Shown: positions 1 to 10,117 of the stretch, one piece after another
Layout of the letters: each line of letters opens with the position of its first letter
How positions within the stretch are numbered: the first letter of the stretch is position 1
NCBI GenBank assembly: GCA_963828525.1
Contig: CAWHEP010000008.1
Coordinates: 320,001 to 384,000, forward strand
DNA length: 64,000 bases
From: an uncultured Verrucomicrobiae bacterium
Lineage (GTDB): Bacteria > Verrucomicrobiota > Verrucomicrobiia > Chthoniobacterales > Chthoniobacteraceae
Direction: 5' to 3'
Made by a program: the position numbers and the translations under genes
Notes under the pieces: model-generated
Seen by the model: only the letters and a program-made list of their open reading frames with translations
Told to the model about the DNA's origin: nothing
Database searches by the model: none

Positions 1-431
1 CCGTCGCTGAGCATGGCGGCGCGGTGGTAAAGACGATCGGGGACGCCGTCATGGCAGTCTTCCGCCGCCCGGTCGGGGCTCTCAACGCCATTCTGCAAGC
101 GCAACGCGAGTTCAGCCACGAGACGCAAGACGGACGGCCCCTGCGCCTGAAAGCAGGGATTCATTTTGGCCGCTGCATTGCCGTAACCCTCAACGAACGG
201 CTCGATTATTTCGGTTCCACAGTGAATTTCGCCGCCCGAATCCAGCGACTCTCTTCCGGCGGGGATGTCATCCTTTCTGGAGCCGTGTTCGACGATCACG
301 AAGTCGCTGAGATGCTTGCGCTGAGAAGCCGGGAAGTGAATACCGAGTCCTTCGGCGCGGTGATCCGGGGATTCGACAATGAGAATTTCCTGCTTACGCG
401 AGTAGCGTTGCGAGAAAGACACAACCCCTGA
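1..431 (+). CDS. Class III adenylate/guanylate cyclase domain protein, C-terminal part (5' end outside window)
   Basis: Motifs VKTIGDAVMA, LKAGIHFG and DYFGSTVNFAARIQ are typical of the class III nucleotide cyclase catalytic domain. Confidence 0.9.
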   Translation, partial: VAEHGGAVVKTIGDAVMAVFRRPVGALNAILQAQREFSHETQDGRPLRLKAGIHFGRCIAVTLNERLDYFGSTVNFAARIQRLSSGGDVILSGAVFDDHEVAEMLALRSREVNTESFGAVIRGFDNENFLLTRVALRERHNP

Positions 432-491
432 ATCAAGAGCGCCTCACATTTTGCGCTGTGAGCACGGAAAAGGTTTGTTACAGTCGCCAAA

Positions 492-1229
492 ATGACCGAC
501 CGCTTTTCCACTGAACTCATCCAGAATCTGGAGAACGCAGGAAGGCTCGGTCTCACGAAGGCCAGGTTGATTATGGGAAAGGGACGCGCGGCGAAAGCCG
601 CCGCTTTGCAGAGGCTGCTCGGAGCGTCTCAAGTGGCGAATCTCGGCACGGACAAAAAGCCCGTTTTCGTCCTGCGTGAATTTTATAAGCCCGCCGAAAT
701 CGCCCGCGAAGCCGTGGAGGCGAAAGCGACTGCCGGCGTCCCGCGCCTTTTCTCCAAAAGAGAGATCTCAAAAGGATGCGCGGGCGCGGTGCTGGGTTGC
801 GTGGATGAGGCTCTGTCCGCGCTTGTCGCGGAGAGAAGATTGATCCGCCTCCAGCGCGGCAAATCGATCTACTTTCTGCATTCAGCTTCCATCGAACCAC
901 CCGCGCGTTTAGCCGCTCCCTTGGCCGCGCAGCGCGGAGGCATTCCCAACGGGGCTGAGGAAGACGCATTGCCTGAGGAACAGGTGCGGCAAGCTTACTC
1001 CGCGATCGCGCGGGAGACGGGCTTCTCCGACGTCCTCATCTCAGACTTGCAGAAACGTTCGGGTGTTTTGCTGGACTGCCTTAAACCATGGCTCATCGAG
1101 CAGAGCCGCGCCGGCGGGGTGTTGCCAACGCGCGGAGACTGGTCGCTCGCGGATTCCGAAGCCCGCGCGGCTTCTCTCACGATTAACTCCGAGCCCCATC
1201 TTCGGGTGCGCATTCGCGGCGCGGCATGA
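492..1229 (+). CDS. Hypothetical protein, 245 aa, probably several winged-helix-like domains
   Basis: Clean ORF whose stop overlaps the next start (ATGA). Helix/helix/beta-hairpin-like segments such as FSKREISKGC...VDEALSALVAERRLIRLQRGKSIYF suggest wHTH folds (inference). Confidence 0.6.
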   Translation: MTDRFSTELIQNLENAGRLGLTKARLIMGKGRAAKAAALQRLLGASQVANLGTDKKPVFVLREFYKPAEIAREAVEAKATAGVPRLFSKREISKGCAGAVLGCVDEALSALVAERRLIRLQRGKSIYFLHSASIEPPARLAAPLAAQRGGIPNGAEEDALPEEQVRQAYSAIARETGFSDVLISDLQKRSGVLLDCLKPWLIEQSRAGGVLPTRGDWSLADSEARAASLTINSEPHLRVRIRGAA

Positions 1230-3140
1230 ACCAGAATCCGTTCGAGGATAACGTGGTGTTCGAGCCGCGGGAGGCGAGCCGCTCGGTGCCCGGACTCAAC
1301 GATCAACCTCTGGCGGCGATCATACGGCAGTTTGAGCGGCTGGAGGCGGAGCCTTACCCGAGGCGGTACCCGGTGAATCTGAAAGCCCAGCTTGTCACCT
1401 CGCCTGAACCCGGTTACGGCAAGTCGCACCTGATCGGCCGCCTCTTCCGGGCGCTCAAGGGGCGCTGCGACCCAAATTTATCTCAGGCCGTTCCAGGACC
1501 CCGGTTCGTCGTGGACTTCCATCCTGCTGAAAGTGGCGCAGGAATTGGCGCGTCCGGATGACCCAATGATCAGCGTCCGGCGATCTGTAAGGCCAACGCA
1601 ACTCGATGCTTTTGCGTGCGGGGTTGTAGGCAGGCTCCTCGCCGATCTCATCGAAAAGGAGGTGGTTGGGGGTGACTACGCCAGGGAACTCGCGGTGGAA
1701 TTGCGCAACGATCCACTCGTAGCGTTCGGGAATGGAGCGCCGGATCACTTCCTCTTTCCCTGGATGCGCGAGCAGTTTCCCCGATTTCTCCCTCTGTTCG
1801 TTGACCAGTTGCGGGCGTCAGACATTTTCCTCAGCGCCTCACCCTCCGTCTGGATAAAGGTGCTGCATAACTATTGCTTCGGCGACGGCGGCGGAGCGCA
1901 GCGCGACGCCTGCGTCGAGTGGCTGAAGGGCGGCGGGCTCTCCCCCCATGAAGCCGAACTGGCCGGGATCGACGAGCGGGAACTGCAACCGCCGGGCGAC
2001 ACAGTAGCCAGGCGTAACGCGGACGCTTTTGCCCGCCTTCAGGATTTGCTGGCGCTGGCTGGGTTCTTCCGCCCGTTCCTGTTTTGTTTCGACCAGATTG
2101 AACTCTTCACGGGCAACCCCGATCTGGTTTCCGAATTTGGCTCGGTGGTGGATGAACTGGTGACTTTCGGGTTAAATCACCTGCTCGTAGTAACCGCGAA
2201 TGTTGAGCCGTGGACAGGCGTCATTCTCAAGAACTTCCAGCGAGCGTATCAGGATCGGTTCAGCGAACCCGTCGAGTTGGAAGGGATACAGCAGCCGCAA
2301 GCCAGCCTCCTTGCCCGGCAACGGATGGGAAGCAGCGGATTTCCCGAAATGGATGTAAACAGGTTCTGCGATGAGCGGTGGATGGCGGAGATTTTCGAGG
2401 CAAAGAAAGCCGACAGCGTCCGCTCGTTCCTCAGGAACTGCGGTCGCCGATACACGAGTCTGTTCGGCTCCCGCCATGCGAGCCTGCCCGAACGGACGCT
2501 GGAAGAAGCGTACCGGGAATGCGAACACGAGGCGCGCGAGCGTCCCGGCCGGCTCGACTTCGACCCCAATATCCTGATGTGGAGCGTAGGCCACGCCGCT
2601 GTGGAGAACGCTCTGCCCGGCGTCCACGTAAGATTGAAAGATCGCCGCCAGGCTTATCCCATCTGCTGGCGAACGTCCTCCAGTTCCATTGTCATGGGTT
2701 TCGAGGACTCGTCGCACGCGCTGCGCTGGGAAGCCATCCTGGCGGAGGCGGATCGCCAGGTGCGGCAGGGCGAAAAGGAACAGATTGCGTTGCGGGTCGT
2801 CTTTCTGCGCACTCCGGAACAACCCGAGATCCCAGGGCCGGGCTGGAAGATCATCGGGCCGGAGTTCGAGGCCGCTCGCGATTACTTCTCAGTGCATGTG
2901 ATCGGCCATGAAGACCTCGTCTCCATCTGCGCCAGCTATGAACTCTACGCGCGTGTCATGGAGGGCAACGCGCCCTTCAGCCGCGAGGCGATGCTCGCCT
3001 TCGTTCGGACAAAGCTCAAGCCATGGTGGCAGCGCCTGCTGAAGGACCCCGCCGCCATACCTGTCATGCCGCCGTCCCTCAATGGCAGCCCGGTTGAGAC
3101 GAGCCGCGCCCCCGTCATGGCATCTCCCTCCCCGGCTTGA
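1226..3140 (+). CDS. P-loop AAA+-like ATPase, ~635 aa, one frameshift near 1460
   Basis: Walker A PEPGYGKS in ORF 1226..1561; Walker B FLFCFDQIE and YQDRF in ORF 1533..3140. Removing one G from the G run at ~1459-1462 joins the frames (LKGAATQIYLRPFQDP). Confidence 0.75.
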
Positions 3141-3155
3141 GCGGGTTGCACTGAG

Positions 3156-4985
3156 ATGCTGATCCAGTTGCTGCCGGAAGAAGTCGCCAGCCAGGTGGCA
3201 GCCGGCGAGGTCGTGGAGAGGCCCGCCTCGGTGGTGAAGGAACTGGTTGAAAACAGCCTCGACGCCGGCGCGACGCGAATCGAGGTGATGATCCGCCGCG
3301 GCGGCATCTCACTGATCCGGGTGACGGACGACGGCTGCGGGATGGATCGCGATGACGCGCTGCTCTGTCTCGAGAGACATGCCACAAGCAAGATTCGCAC
3401 GGGCCTGGATTTGGCTTCCATCCTCACTCTCGGTTTCCGCGGCGAAGCTCTTCCCAGCATCGCGAGCGTCTCGCGCTTCCGCCTTTCCACTCGCATGCGC
3501 GACGCGATGGCCGGCACGGAAGTCATCGTCGCCGCGGGCAAGATCGAAGCGGTGCGCGATTCCGGCGAGGCCCCGGGCACGCAGATCGAGGTGCGATCCC
3601 TTTTCTACAATCTGCCCGGACGGCGGAAGTTTTTGAGAACAGAGGCGACAGAGACCAGCCACATCGAGCATCAACTCCAGTTGCAAGCATTGGGCCACCC
3701 CGCCGCCGGATTCGTGTTCATGAATGATGACAAGGTCATCTATCAGATTCCGCCAGCGACAAATCTGTTGCAACGCATCCGCGATCTCTGCGGCGGCGCC
3801 CTTGCGGAGCAATTACTGGAAGTCTCCGGCTTCGAGCATGAAGGTATTGAAATCCGGGGGTACATCGGCAAGCCGGGCGTGAGCCGTTCCTCCCGATCCC
3901 AGGAACTTGTCTTCTTGAACGGACGCGCGATCGAAAACAGCGTGATCCACTTCGCCGTGCGGGAGGGCTACCACACAGCTCTCATGAAGGGCCAGCACCC
4001 GGTGACCTTCCTCGTGATCGACATGGACCCCGCGGAGGTGGACGTAAATGTGCATCCCGCCAAGAAGGAGGTGCGATTCCGCAACCCCTCGGTCGTAAAA
4101 GAGGCGCTCGTCGAGGCGGTGCGGCGGTGCATCGAGTCCGGGCGCGGGGAATGGTCGCGCGCCTTGCATACCGCGAATACTGCTCATCAACCCGCTGAGA
4201 GCAATCTCTCCCCGTTACCGGAACGCAGTCCCAGCGAGGCGAAGAGCTTCGACACGACTCCCGCGCTGATCGATGAAAAAGAACAGGTGGCACTGCGACA
4301 CGACTGGTCCTTCTTCCCACAGCAGGGATCGCCGCTCCTCGCGGCTCCGATGAGCCCGCCGCCTCCCCTCCGCCCGCGCGCGGAACCTCCCGCCAAAAAG
4401 GAGATCGAGAGCTTCAAGATATTGGGAGTATTGGGCAAGCTCTACATCCTCATGGAGAACGCGGCTGGCCTTGTGCTCGTGGATCAGCACGCGGCGCATG
4501 AGCGAATCCTCTTTGAAGAACTCAGGCGCCGCATGGAAGACCAGGGCGTTCCCTCCCAGCGCCTCCTTATCCCGCTGATGATCGAGGTCAACCCCCGCGA
4601 TGGCGACTGGATCATGCAAAACATCGCGACACTGCGCAAAATGGGGATTGGCATGGAGCCTTTCGGAAAGGGAACCCACAAGATCGACAGTCTTCCCCAG
4701 TTTGTGCGGACAGGCGACCCGCTGCAATTCATCCGCGATGTGATCGATGAGCTGCGCGCCGCCAGCAGCCAGAGCTCAAAGATGCGGCTGGGCGAAGACG
4801 TCATCGCGACCACAGTTTGCCGTCACGCGGTAAAGGCGAACGACTACCTGCGCGAACCCGAACTGGTGCGACTCATCCAGGATCTTCTCGCGTGCGACCT
4901 GCCTTACTGCTGTCCGCATGGGCGGCCCACCCTCATCCAGATTTCCTATGCTGAACTCGAAAAAAAGTTCGGGCGCAAAGCATGA
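3156..4985 (+). CDS. mutL: DNA mismatch repair endonuclease MutL
   Basis: AAGEVVERPASVVKELVENSLDAGA, GFRGEALPSI, DVNVHPAKKEVRF, DQHAAHER and CPHGRP motifs. Confidence 0.97.
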   Translation: MLIQLLPEEVASQVAAGEVVERPASVVKELVENSLDAGATRIEVMIRRGGISLIRVTDDGCGMDRDDALLCLERHATSKIRTGLDLASILTLGFRGEALPSIASVSRFRLSTRMRDAMAGTEVIVAAGKIEAVRDSGEAPGTQIEVRSLFYNLPGRRKFLRTEATETSHIEHQLQLQALGHPAAGFVFMNDDKVIYQIPPATNLLQRIRDLCGGALAEQLLEVSGFEHEGIEIRGYIGKPGVSRSSRSQELVFLNGRAIENSVIHFAVREGYHTALMKGQHPVTFLVIDMDPAEVDVNVHPAKKEVRFRNPSVVKEALVEAVRRCIESGRGEWSRALHTANTAHQPAESNLSPLPERSPSEAKSFDTTPALIDEKEQVALRHDWSFFPQQGSPLLAAPMSPPPPLRPRAEPPAKKEIESFKILGVLGKLYILMENAAGLVLVDQHAAHERILFEELRRRMEDQGVPSQRLLIPLMIEVNPRDGDWIMQNIATLRKMGIGMEPFGKGTHKIDSLPQFVRTGDPLQFIRDVIDELRAASSQSSKMRLGEDVIATTVCRHAVKANDYLREPELVRLIQDLLACDLPYCCPHGRPTLIQISYAELEKKFGRKA

Positions 4986-4997
4986 GATTACGAACGA

Positions 4998-5261
4998 TCA
5001 GGCTGCATTCGCCTTTACGCCCTGAGTCCGCAGCGAAGCGCCGCGGTAGCCAAACGCAAGCAATCCCTGGGACGCGCGGCACGCCGGGCATTTCCATGGC
5101 TTCAGGGAATGCCGCGCGTAGAAAACAAGCCAGCCAAGGAGCCAGAGGCCGATAGTCCCGAGCGAAAGAGCGAGGTGGAACCGATGATCCATTCGCAACT
5201 TACGAAACAATCTCTGCCGCCCGCATCGCGGGCAGAACATTAGTCGACGCTGGGATGCCAT
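4998..5261 (-). CDS. Small zinc-ribbon membrane protein (LITAF-like architecture)
   Basis: CPRC and CPAC knuckles flank one hydrophobic segment (HLALSLGTIGLWLLGWLVFY); AGGA lies upstream of the ATG. Confidence 0.6.
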   Translation of the reverse strand: MASQRRLMFCPRCGRQRLFRKLRMDHRFHLALSLGTIGLWLLGWLVFYARHSLKPWKCPACRASQGLLAFGYRGASLRTQGVKANAA

Positions 5262-5348
5262 ATTCCTATCTTCCCCTGTGGTTTGATCTCCATGTTATGA
5301 AAACGATGGAAATTATACAACCCGCCGCCGGGCGCAAGCACAATCCGG

Positions 5349-6587
5349 CTACCAGCTCGTGTTTCCGATTCGCTCGGCGGCTTCTTCGGCATTTGCCCGG
5401 CTATTGAACGCGGATATGCGAAAATAGCCTTCTCCGCACGCGCCGAAGCCGCTGCCCGGGGTCACCACGATATTTGTTTCCGTAAGAAGCCGGTCGAATG
5501 TTTCCCAACTCGTCGCGCCGTTGGGAGTCCTGACCCAGAGGTACGGCGCATTCACGCCGCCAAACACCTCCAGTCCACCAGCGGAAACAGCCTGTCGCAG
5601 GATGGCCGCGTTTCCCATGTAATGGGCAACGAGCCCAGCAACCTCCCGCTTGCCCGCGTCTGAGTAGATCGCCTCCGCCGCTCGTTGCACTGGATAGCTG
5701 ACCCCGTTCGATTTCGTGCTCCAGCGTCGTTGCCAGAGGGGATGAAGACTCCTGCTCTCTCCAGATGATGTCCGGGCGAGCAGGCTCTTGGGCAGCACGG
5801 TGAAGGCGCATCGCAATCCCGTGAAGCCGCCTTTTTTTGAAAAACTCCTGAACTCTATCGCGCATTCCCTGGCGCCGGGGATCTCGTAGATGGAGCGCGG
5901 AATCTCCGGATCTGAAATATATGCTTCGTAGGCGGCGTCGTATAACAGGATGGCGCGATGGGCCAGGGCGTAATCCACCCAGCCTTGCAGTTGGCCGCGC
6001 GTCGCGACCGCTCCCGTGGGGTTGTTCGGAAAGCAGAGGTAGATGACATCGACAGGCTCGCTTGGAACCAATGGGACAAAGCCGTTTTCGGCCCGGCATG
6101 GAAGATAGACCAACCCTTCGTAGCGGCCGGACGCGTCAGCCTCCCCCGTGTGGCCGGCCATCACGTTCGTATCGACATACACCGGGTAAACGGGATCAAC
6201 CATCGCGATGCGATTTTGATTCCCCAATATGTCGAGGATGTGTCCGCAATCGCACTTCGACCCGTCTGACAGAAAAATCTCATCGTCGGCGATTTCAATC
6301 CCCCGGTCGCGATAGTCACCCCGGGCGATCGCGTTCCGGATGAACTCATGTCCCTGCTCGGGACCGTAGCCGCGGAAAGTACCAGGCGCGCCCATTTCAT
6401 CCACAGCCTTGTGCAGCGCGGCGATCACCGCGGGCGGCAGTGGCTCCGTGACATCGCCTATGCCACATCTAATAACCCGCTTTGCCGCGACGGGGTCGGC
6501 CTCGCAGAACGCCGTGACCCGTCGCGCGATTTCGGGAAAAAGGTAGCCCGCCCGGAGCTTTAGATAATTGTCGTTAAGGTAAGCCAT
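5349..6587 (-). CDS. dapL: LL-diaminopimelate aminotransferase
   Basis: N-terminus [49 protein letters not shown] and SFSK...GFTGLRC. Start set at the ATG at 6587. Confidence 0.95.
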   Translation of the reverse strand: MAYLNDNYLKLRAGYLFPEIARRVTAFCEADPVAAKRVIRCGIGDVTEPLPPAVIAALHKAVDEMGAPGTFRGYGPEQGHEFIRNAIARGDYRDRGIEIADDEIFLSDGSKCDCGHILDILGNQNRIAMVDPVYPVYVDTNVMAGHTGEADASGRYEGLVYLPCRAENGFVPLVPSEPVDVIYLCFPNNPTGAVATRGQLQGWVDYALAHRAILLYDAAYEAYISDPEIPRSIYEIPGARECAIEFRSFSKKGGFTGLRCAFTVLPKSLLARTSSGESRSLHPLWQRRWSTKSNGVSYPVQRAAEAIYSDAGKREVAGLVAHYMGNAAILRQAVSAGGLEVFGGVNAPYLWVRTPNGATSWETFDRLLTETNIVVTPGSGFGACGEGYFRISAFNSRANAEEAAERIGNTSW

Positions 6588-6659
6588 GTCTGAAAAATAG
6601 CGCGGCTGGAAGGGGCGTTGGCCCCTGTCCAGCCGCAAGAGTTTCCGCGAAGGAACTGT

Positions 6660-7268
6660 TTACGCTGCCGAGTAAATCTTCTCGATCTCGGCCCAGTTAA
6701 TCACGTTCCACCAAGCCTTCAGGTAATCAGGGCGGCGGTTCTGATAGGTGAGGTAGTACGCGTGCTCCCAAACATCACAACCGAAAATCGGCGTGAGGCC
6801 ATCCATCAAGGGATTGTCCTGATTCGGGGTGGAGACGATCTCGAGCTGGCCGCCCTTGTTCTTGATGAGCCAAACCCAGCCGCTTCCAAAACGCCCCGCG
6901 CCCGCCGCGTTGAACTTTTCTTTGAAAGCTTCAAGGCTTCCAAAGGCTAGGGCGATATCCTCCGCGAGCTTCCCGCTCGGCTCTCCACCGCCGGTCGGTG
7001 ACATCAGCTTCCAGAAGAGCGAGTGATTCGCGTGACCTCCTCCGTTATTGCGCACGACGGTTCGGATATTCTCGGGAAGAGCGGAAAGGTTGCTGATGAC
7101 CTCTTCGACGCTCTTGCCGTCAAACTCGGGCTTGTCTTTGAGGGCGTTATTCAGGTTCGTGACGTAGGTTTGATGATGCTTCTCGCGATGGATCTCCATC
7201 GTCTTCGCGTCAATGTGTGGTTCGAGGGCGTCTTTCGGGTAGGGTAAGGAAGGTAATTCGTAAGCCAT
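6660..7268 (-). CDS. sodA: Superoxide dismutase, Mn/Fe family (Mn-type signature)
   Basis: [46 protein letters not shown] and DVWEHAYY. Confidence 0.93.
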   Translation of the reverse strand: MAYELPSLPYPKDALEPHIDAKTMEIHREKHHQTYVTNLNNALKDKPEFDGKSVEEVISNLSALPENIRTVVRNNGGGHANHSLFWKLMSPTGGGEPSGKLAEDIALAFGSLEAFKEKFNAAGAGRFGSGWVWLIKNKGGQLEIVSTPNQDNPLMDGLTPIFGCDVWEHAYYLTYQNRRPDYLKAWWNVINWAEIEKIYSAA

Positions 7269-7337
7269 AAGTTTAGTTCTTCAGATTCGGAGCGAGTATC
7301 AGCCCCGGTTCTGAAAATAGCAAGGGAGACGCCCCGC

Positions 7338-8687
7338 TCAACTCTTTGCTTTGGCCGCTTCGTCAAAGAGGGCGCGCCAATGTTCCAGCCGCTCGCGCAC
7401 CCGTTTCTCGTTGCCGTTAGCCGTCGGCTCATAATAGACGCGACCCTCCGGGAGATAAGCCTGGGGAACGTAGGCCTCCTCATAGTCGTGGCTATACTTG
7501 TAGGCCGTGCCATGCCCGAGCTTCGCCGCGCTTTTGTAGTGCGAATCCCGCAGGTGCTTTGGCACCGCCAGCGTCCGGCCCTCCTTCACCTCGCGCATCG
7601 CTTTCGAGATGGCTTCATACGCGCGGTTGCTCTTTGGAGCGGTGGCGATATACACCGTGGCTTGCGCCAGCGGAATCTGCGCCTCGGGCAACCCAACAAA
7701 TTCCACAGCCTGTTGCGCGGCTACCGCCACGACGAGCGCCTGCGGATCGGCCATCCCGACGTCTTCCGCCGCGCAGATGACGATCCGCCGCGCGATGAAC
7801 CGTATCTCCTCCCCAGCATAAAGCATTTTCGCCAGCCAATAGATCGCCGCGTCAGGATCGGAGCCTCGCATGCTCTTGATGAACGCGCTGATCGTGTCGT
7901 AATGCTGATCCTCATCCGCGTCGTAAACCACTGCTTTGCGCTGGATGCTCTCCTCTGCGGCGGGAAGATCGAAATGGATTACTCCGTCCGGGTCCGGCGG
8001 AGTCGTTAGCACGCCGAGTTCCAGCGCGTTCAGGCATTTTCGCGCGTCGCCATCGCTCGTCTTCGCGAGGTGCTCAAGCGCTTCCTCCGTCGCCGAAATG
8101 TTGCTCCCCGGAAATCCCCGTTCCTTGTCCTGTATGGCTCGCGTCATCAGGGCGCGCAGGTTCAGCTCGCTTAGCGGCTCCAGTTGAAACACCTGGGAGC
8201 GCGAGACAAGGGGGCTGTTGATATAGAAGAAGGGATTGTGTGTCGTCGCGCCGATCAGACGCAGCACGCCGCTTTCCACATCCGGCAGCAGGACATCCTG
8301 CTGCGCTTTGTTGAACCGGTGAATCTCATCGATGAACAGGATCGTCTTTGCCCCGCTGTTTTGCAGGCGATTCAATGCCGACGCTATCACGCGCCGCATA
8401 TCCGCCACCGTGCTCTCCACCCCGCTCAGCCGCTCAAATCGCGAACGGGTGCTGGCGGCTATGATCTGGGCAAGCGTCGTCTTTCCCGTCCCCGGAGGCC
8501 CAAACAGGATGACCGATGATATGCGATCCGCCTCGATGGCGCGTCGCAGCAGCTTGCCAGGCCCGAGGATGTGCTCCTGTCCCGCAAACTCCTCCAGCGT
8601 CCGCGGCCGCATCCGGGTTGCAAGCGGCACCGAGCGCGCGGCCTGCGGCTTTTCCTCCTCTGGGCTGGAGAACAAATCTGCGTTCAC
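7338..8687 (-). CDS. rarA: Replication-associated recombination protein A (RarA/MgsA)
   Basis: PLATRMRPRTLEEFAGQEH, GPPGTGKTT, IDEIHRFNKAQQD and ISAFIKSMRGSDPDAA. Start set at the GTG at 8687. Confidence 0.95.
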   Translation of the reverse strand: MNADLFSSPEEEKPQAARSVPLATRMRPRTLEEFAGQEHILGPGKLLRRAIEADRISSVILFGPPGTGKTTLAQIIAASTRSRFERLSGVESTVADMRRVIASALNRLQNSGAKTILFIDEIHRFNKAQQDVLLPDVESGVLRLIGATTHNPFFYINSPLVSRSQVFQLEPLSELNLRALMTRAIQDKERGFPGSNISATEEALEHLAKTSDGDARKCLNALELGVLTTPPDPDGVIHFDLPAAEESIQRKAVVYDADEDQHYDTISAFIKSMRGSDPDAAIYWLAKMLYAGEEIRFIARRIVICAAEDVGMADPQALVVAVAAQQAVEFVGLPEAQIPLAQATVYIATAPKSNRAYEAISKAMREVKEGRTLAVPKHLRDSHYKSAAKLGHGTAYKYSHDYEEAYVPQAYLPEGRVYYEPTANGNEKRVRERLEHWRALFDEAAKAKS

Positions 8688-8693
8688 ACCGGC

Positions 8694-8699
8694 AGTATA
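8694..8699 (-). promoter_or_regulatory. Putative -10 element (TATACT) 6 nt upstream of the rarA GTG
   Basis: The minus strand reads TATACT-gccggt-GTG, with no Shine-Dalgarno in between. Confidence 0.45.
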
Positions 8700-8856
8700 G
8701 CCAGGAATGACGCAAATCCGAATTCCAGGTTTGCCGCGCCCGCTGGCGCGTGAATCTCCTCCAAGTGGGAGAACACATAATCCCGCCGCTTTCATGGCGG
8801 AGAGATTTTGCTAGCGCCAATCCCCTTGTTCTCCGAAGTTCCGCCTTGGTTTTCCA

Positions 8857-9675
8857 ATGAGCCACCAACGCATCGCACTCGCCTCGGCTTTTTCGCCACG
8901 CTTCCTCCCGCTGCTTGCCGAAGCAAAAGCATTCAGCGAACGGCTGGGCGCCGGGTTTAGCGTCATCTACGTGGGCCGTTATGGGCAGGAAGAGAAGGAC
9001 AAGTTTGCCGGCGCTTTTGAAAGCCTGGGCCTGCCGCGCGCGCCGGAAGTTTTTCCCGGGCAGGGGGAGCCCGCGGCCGCGATCCTGCAAGCTGCCGCCG
9101 AGCACGGCGTTGATCTGATCATCGCCGGGGCGATGGAGCACGAGACCGGAAGCCGCAACTTCCTGGGCGATGTCGCGCGCACCCTGCTGCGGGACGCTCC
9201 GCTCTCGCTGCTACTGATCCCCCACCCGAGTCAGGAGCCGCGTCCCTTCCGCCGCATCGCGGTCATTGTTGACTTCTCCGATCTTGCGCGGACTGCCTTG
9301 CTGCAGGCCATCCACCTCGCGGAGCGGCACAACGCCGAAGTCATTCACGTGATCCGGATTTTCACGATCTTTTCGCAAGCCCTCGCCGACCCTGCCGAGT
9401 TCTTCAAAGGAGCCGAGAGCAAACACCGGACAATCCGCGACGAGGAGGCGCAGTTGGAAGAATTCATCTCATCGGCTGGCCGCGGCGCGACACCCATTGA
9501 AGCCCGTTGCATCGAGGGCACCACCGGCTTTGCCGCTTCCGATTACGTGCAGGGCGTGGACGCCGACCTTCTCATCGTCCCCTTAAGGGCGCCCGGCGCG
9601 ACCGATCCTACGCCGCAGGGCGCGGATTGGGTGTTCAATGTCATCCCCACGACCCTGCTGGTTGTAAGGGAGTGA
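8857..9675 (+). CDS. Universal stress protein, tandem USP domains
   Basis: AILQAAAEHGVDLIIAGA...FLGDVARTLLRDAPLSLLLIP, followed by a second repeat RRIAVIVDFS...ADLLIVP. Confidence 0.85.
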   Translation: MSHQRIALASAFSPRFLPLLAEAKAFSERLGAGFSVIYVGRYGQEEKDKFAGAFESLGLPRAPEVFPGQGEPAAAILQAAAEHGVDLIIAGAMEHETGSRNFLGDVARTLLRDAPLSLLLIPHPSQEPRPFRRIAVIVDFSDLARTALLQAIHLAERHNAEVIHVIRIFTIFSQALADPAEFFKGAESKHRTIRDEEAQLEEFISSAGRGATPIEARCIEGTTGFAASDYVQGVDADLLIVPLRAPGATDPTPQGADWVFNVIPTTLLVVRE

Positions 9676-9722
9676 TTGACCGGGGTTTCACATTAAAATG
9701 TGGAATTTTTCGGATCGCGCGC

Positions 9723-9728
9723 TATACT
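9723..9728 (+). promoter_or_regulatory. Putative -10 element of the tmRNA promoter
   Basis: TATACT 12 nt upstream of the mature tmRNA 5' end. Confidence 0.45.
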
Positions 9729-9740
9729 GAGGGGTGAAAA

Positions 9741-10099
9741 GGGGGCGTACTGGTTTCGACTTATTGTTGGAGATGCCGGCCGCATGTCGAGGATGACTCG
9801 TTGGCCTCGTTAAAATCCGAGTCAAAACAAATAAACGCAGATCACGAAGATCTCGCTCTCGCGGCTTAATTGACCGTGACATTCCTGGTTGAACGCCTGC
9901 TACGGCTGGGAGTGAAGGCAGCAGGCTAATTCTCCGGCGGAGTGACCGCGCTGGAGGGTGAATCGATTTCGTGGACACTCGAATGGCGGTAATGTTACGG
10001 CCCAGGGCCGCCGGTTCTAAATTAAGGACCGTATAAACATGTAGAAGCTTGCGTCGATGGCTTTAAGGACAGGGGTTCAACTCCCCTCGCCTCCAACCA
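9741..10099 (+). ncRNA. ssrA: tmRNA; tag reading frame ADHEDLALAA* at 9837..9869
   Basis: 5' GGGGGCGTACTGGTTTCGAC; 3' GGACAGGGGTTCAACTCCCCTCGCCTCCA with a T-arm and an alanine-type acceptor stem; internal tag ending LALAA-stop. Confidence 0.95.
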
Positions 10100-10117
10100 A
10101 AAGTTTGGCCAGGAATG

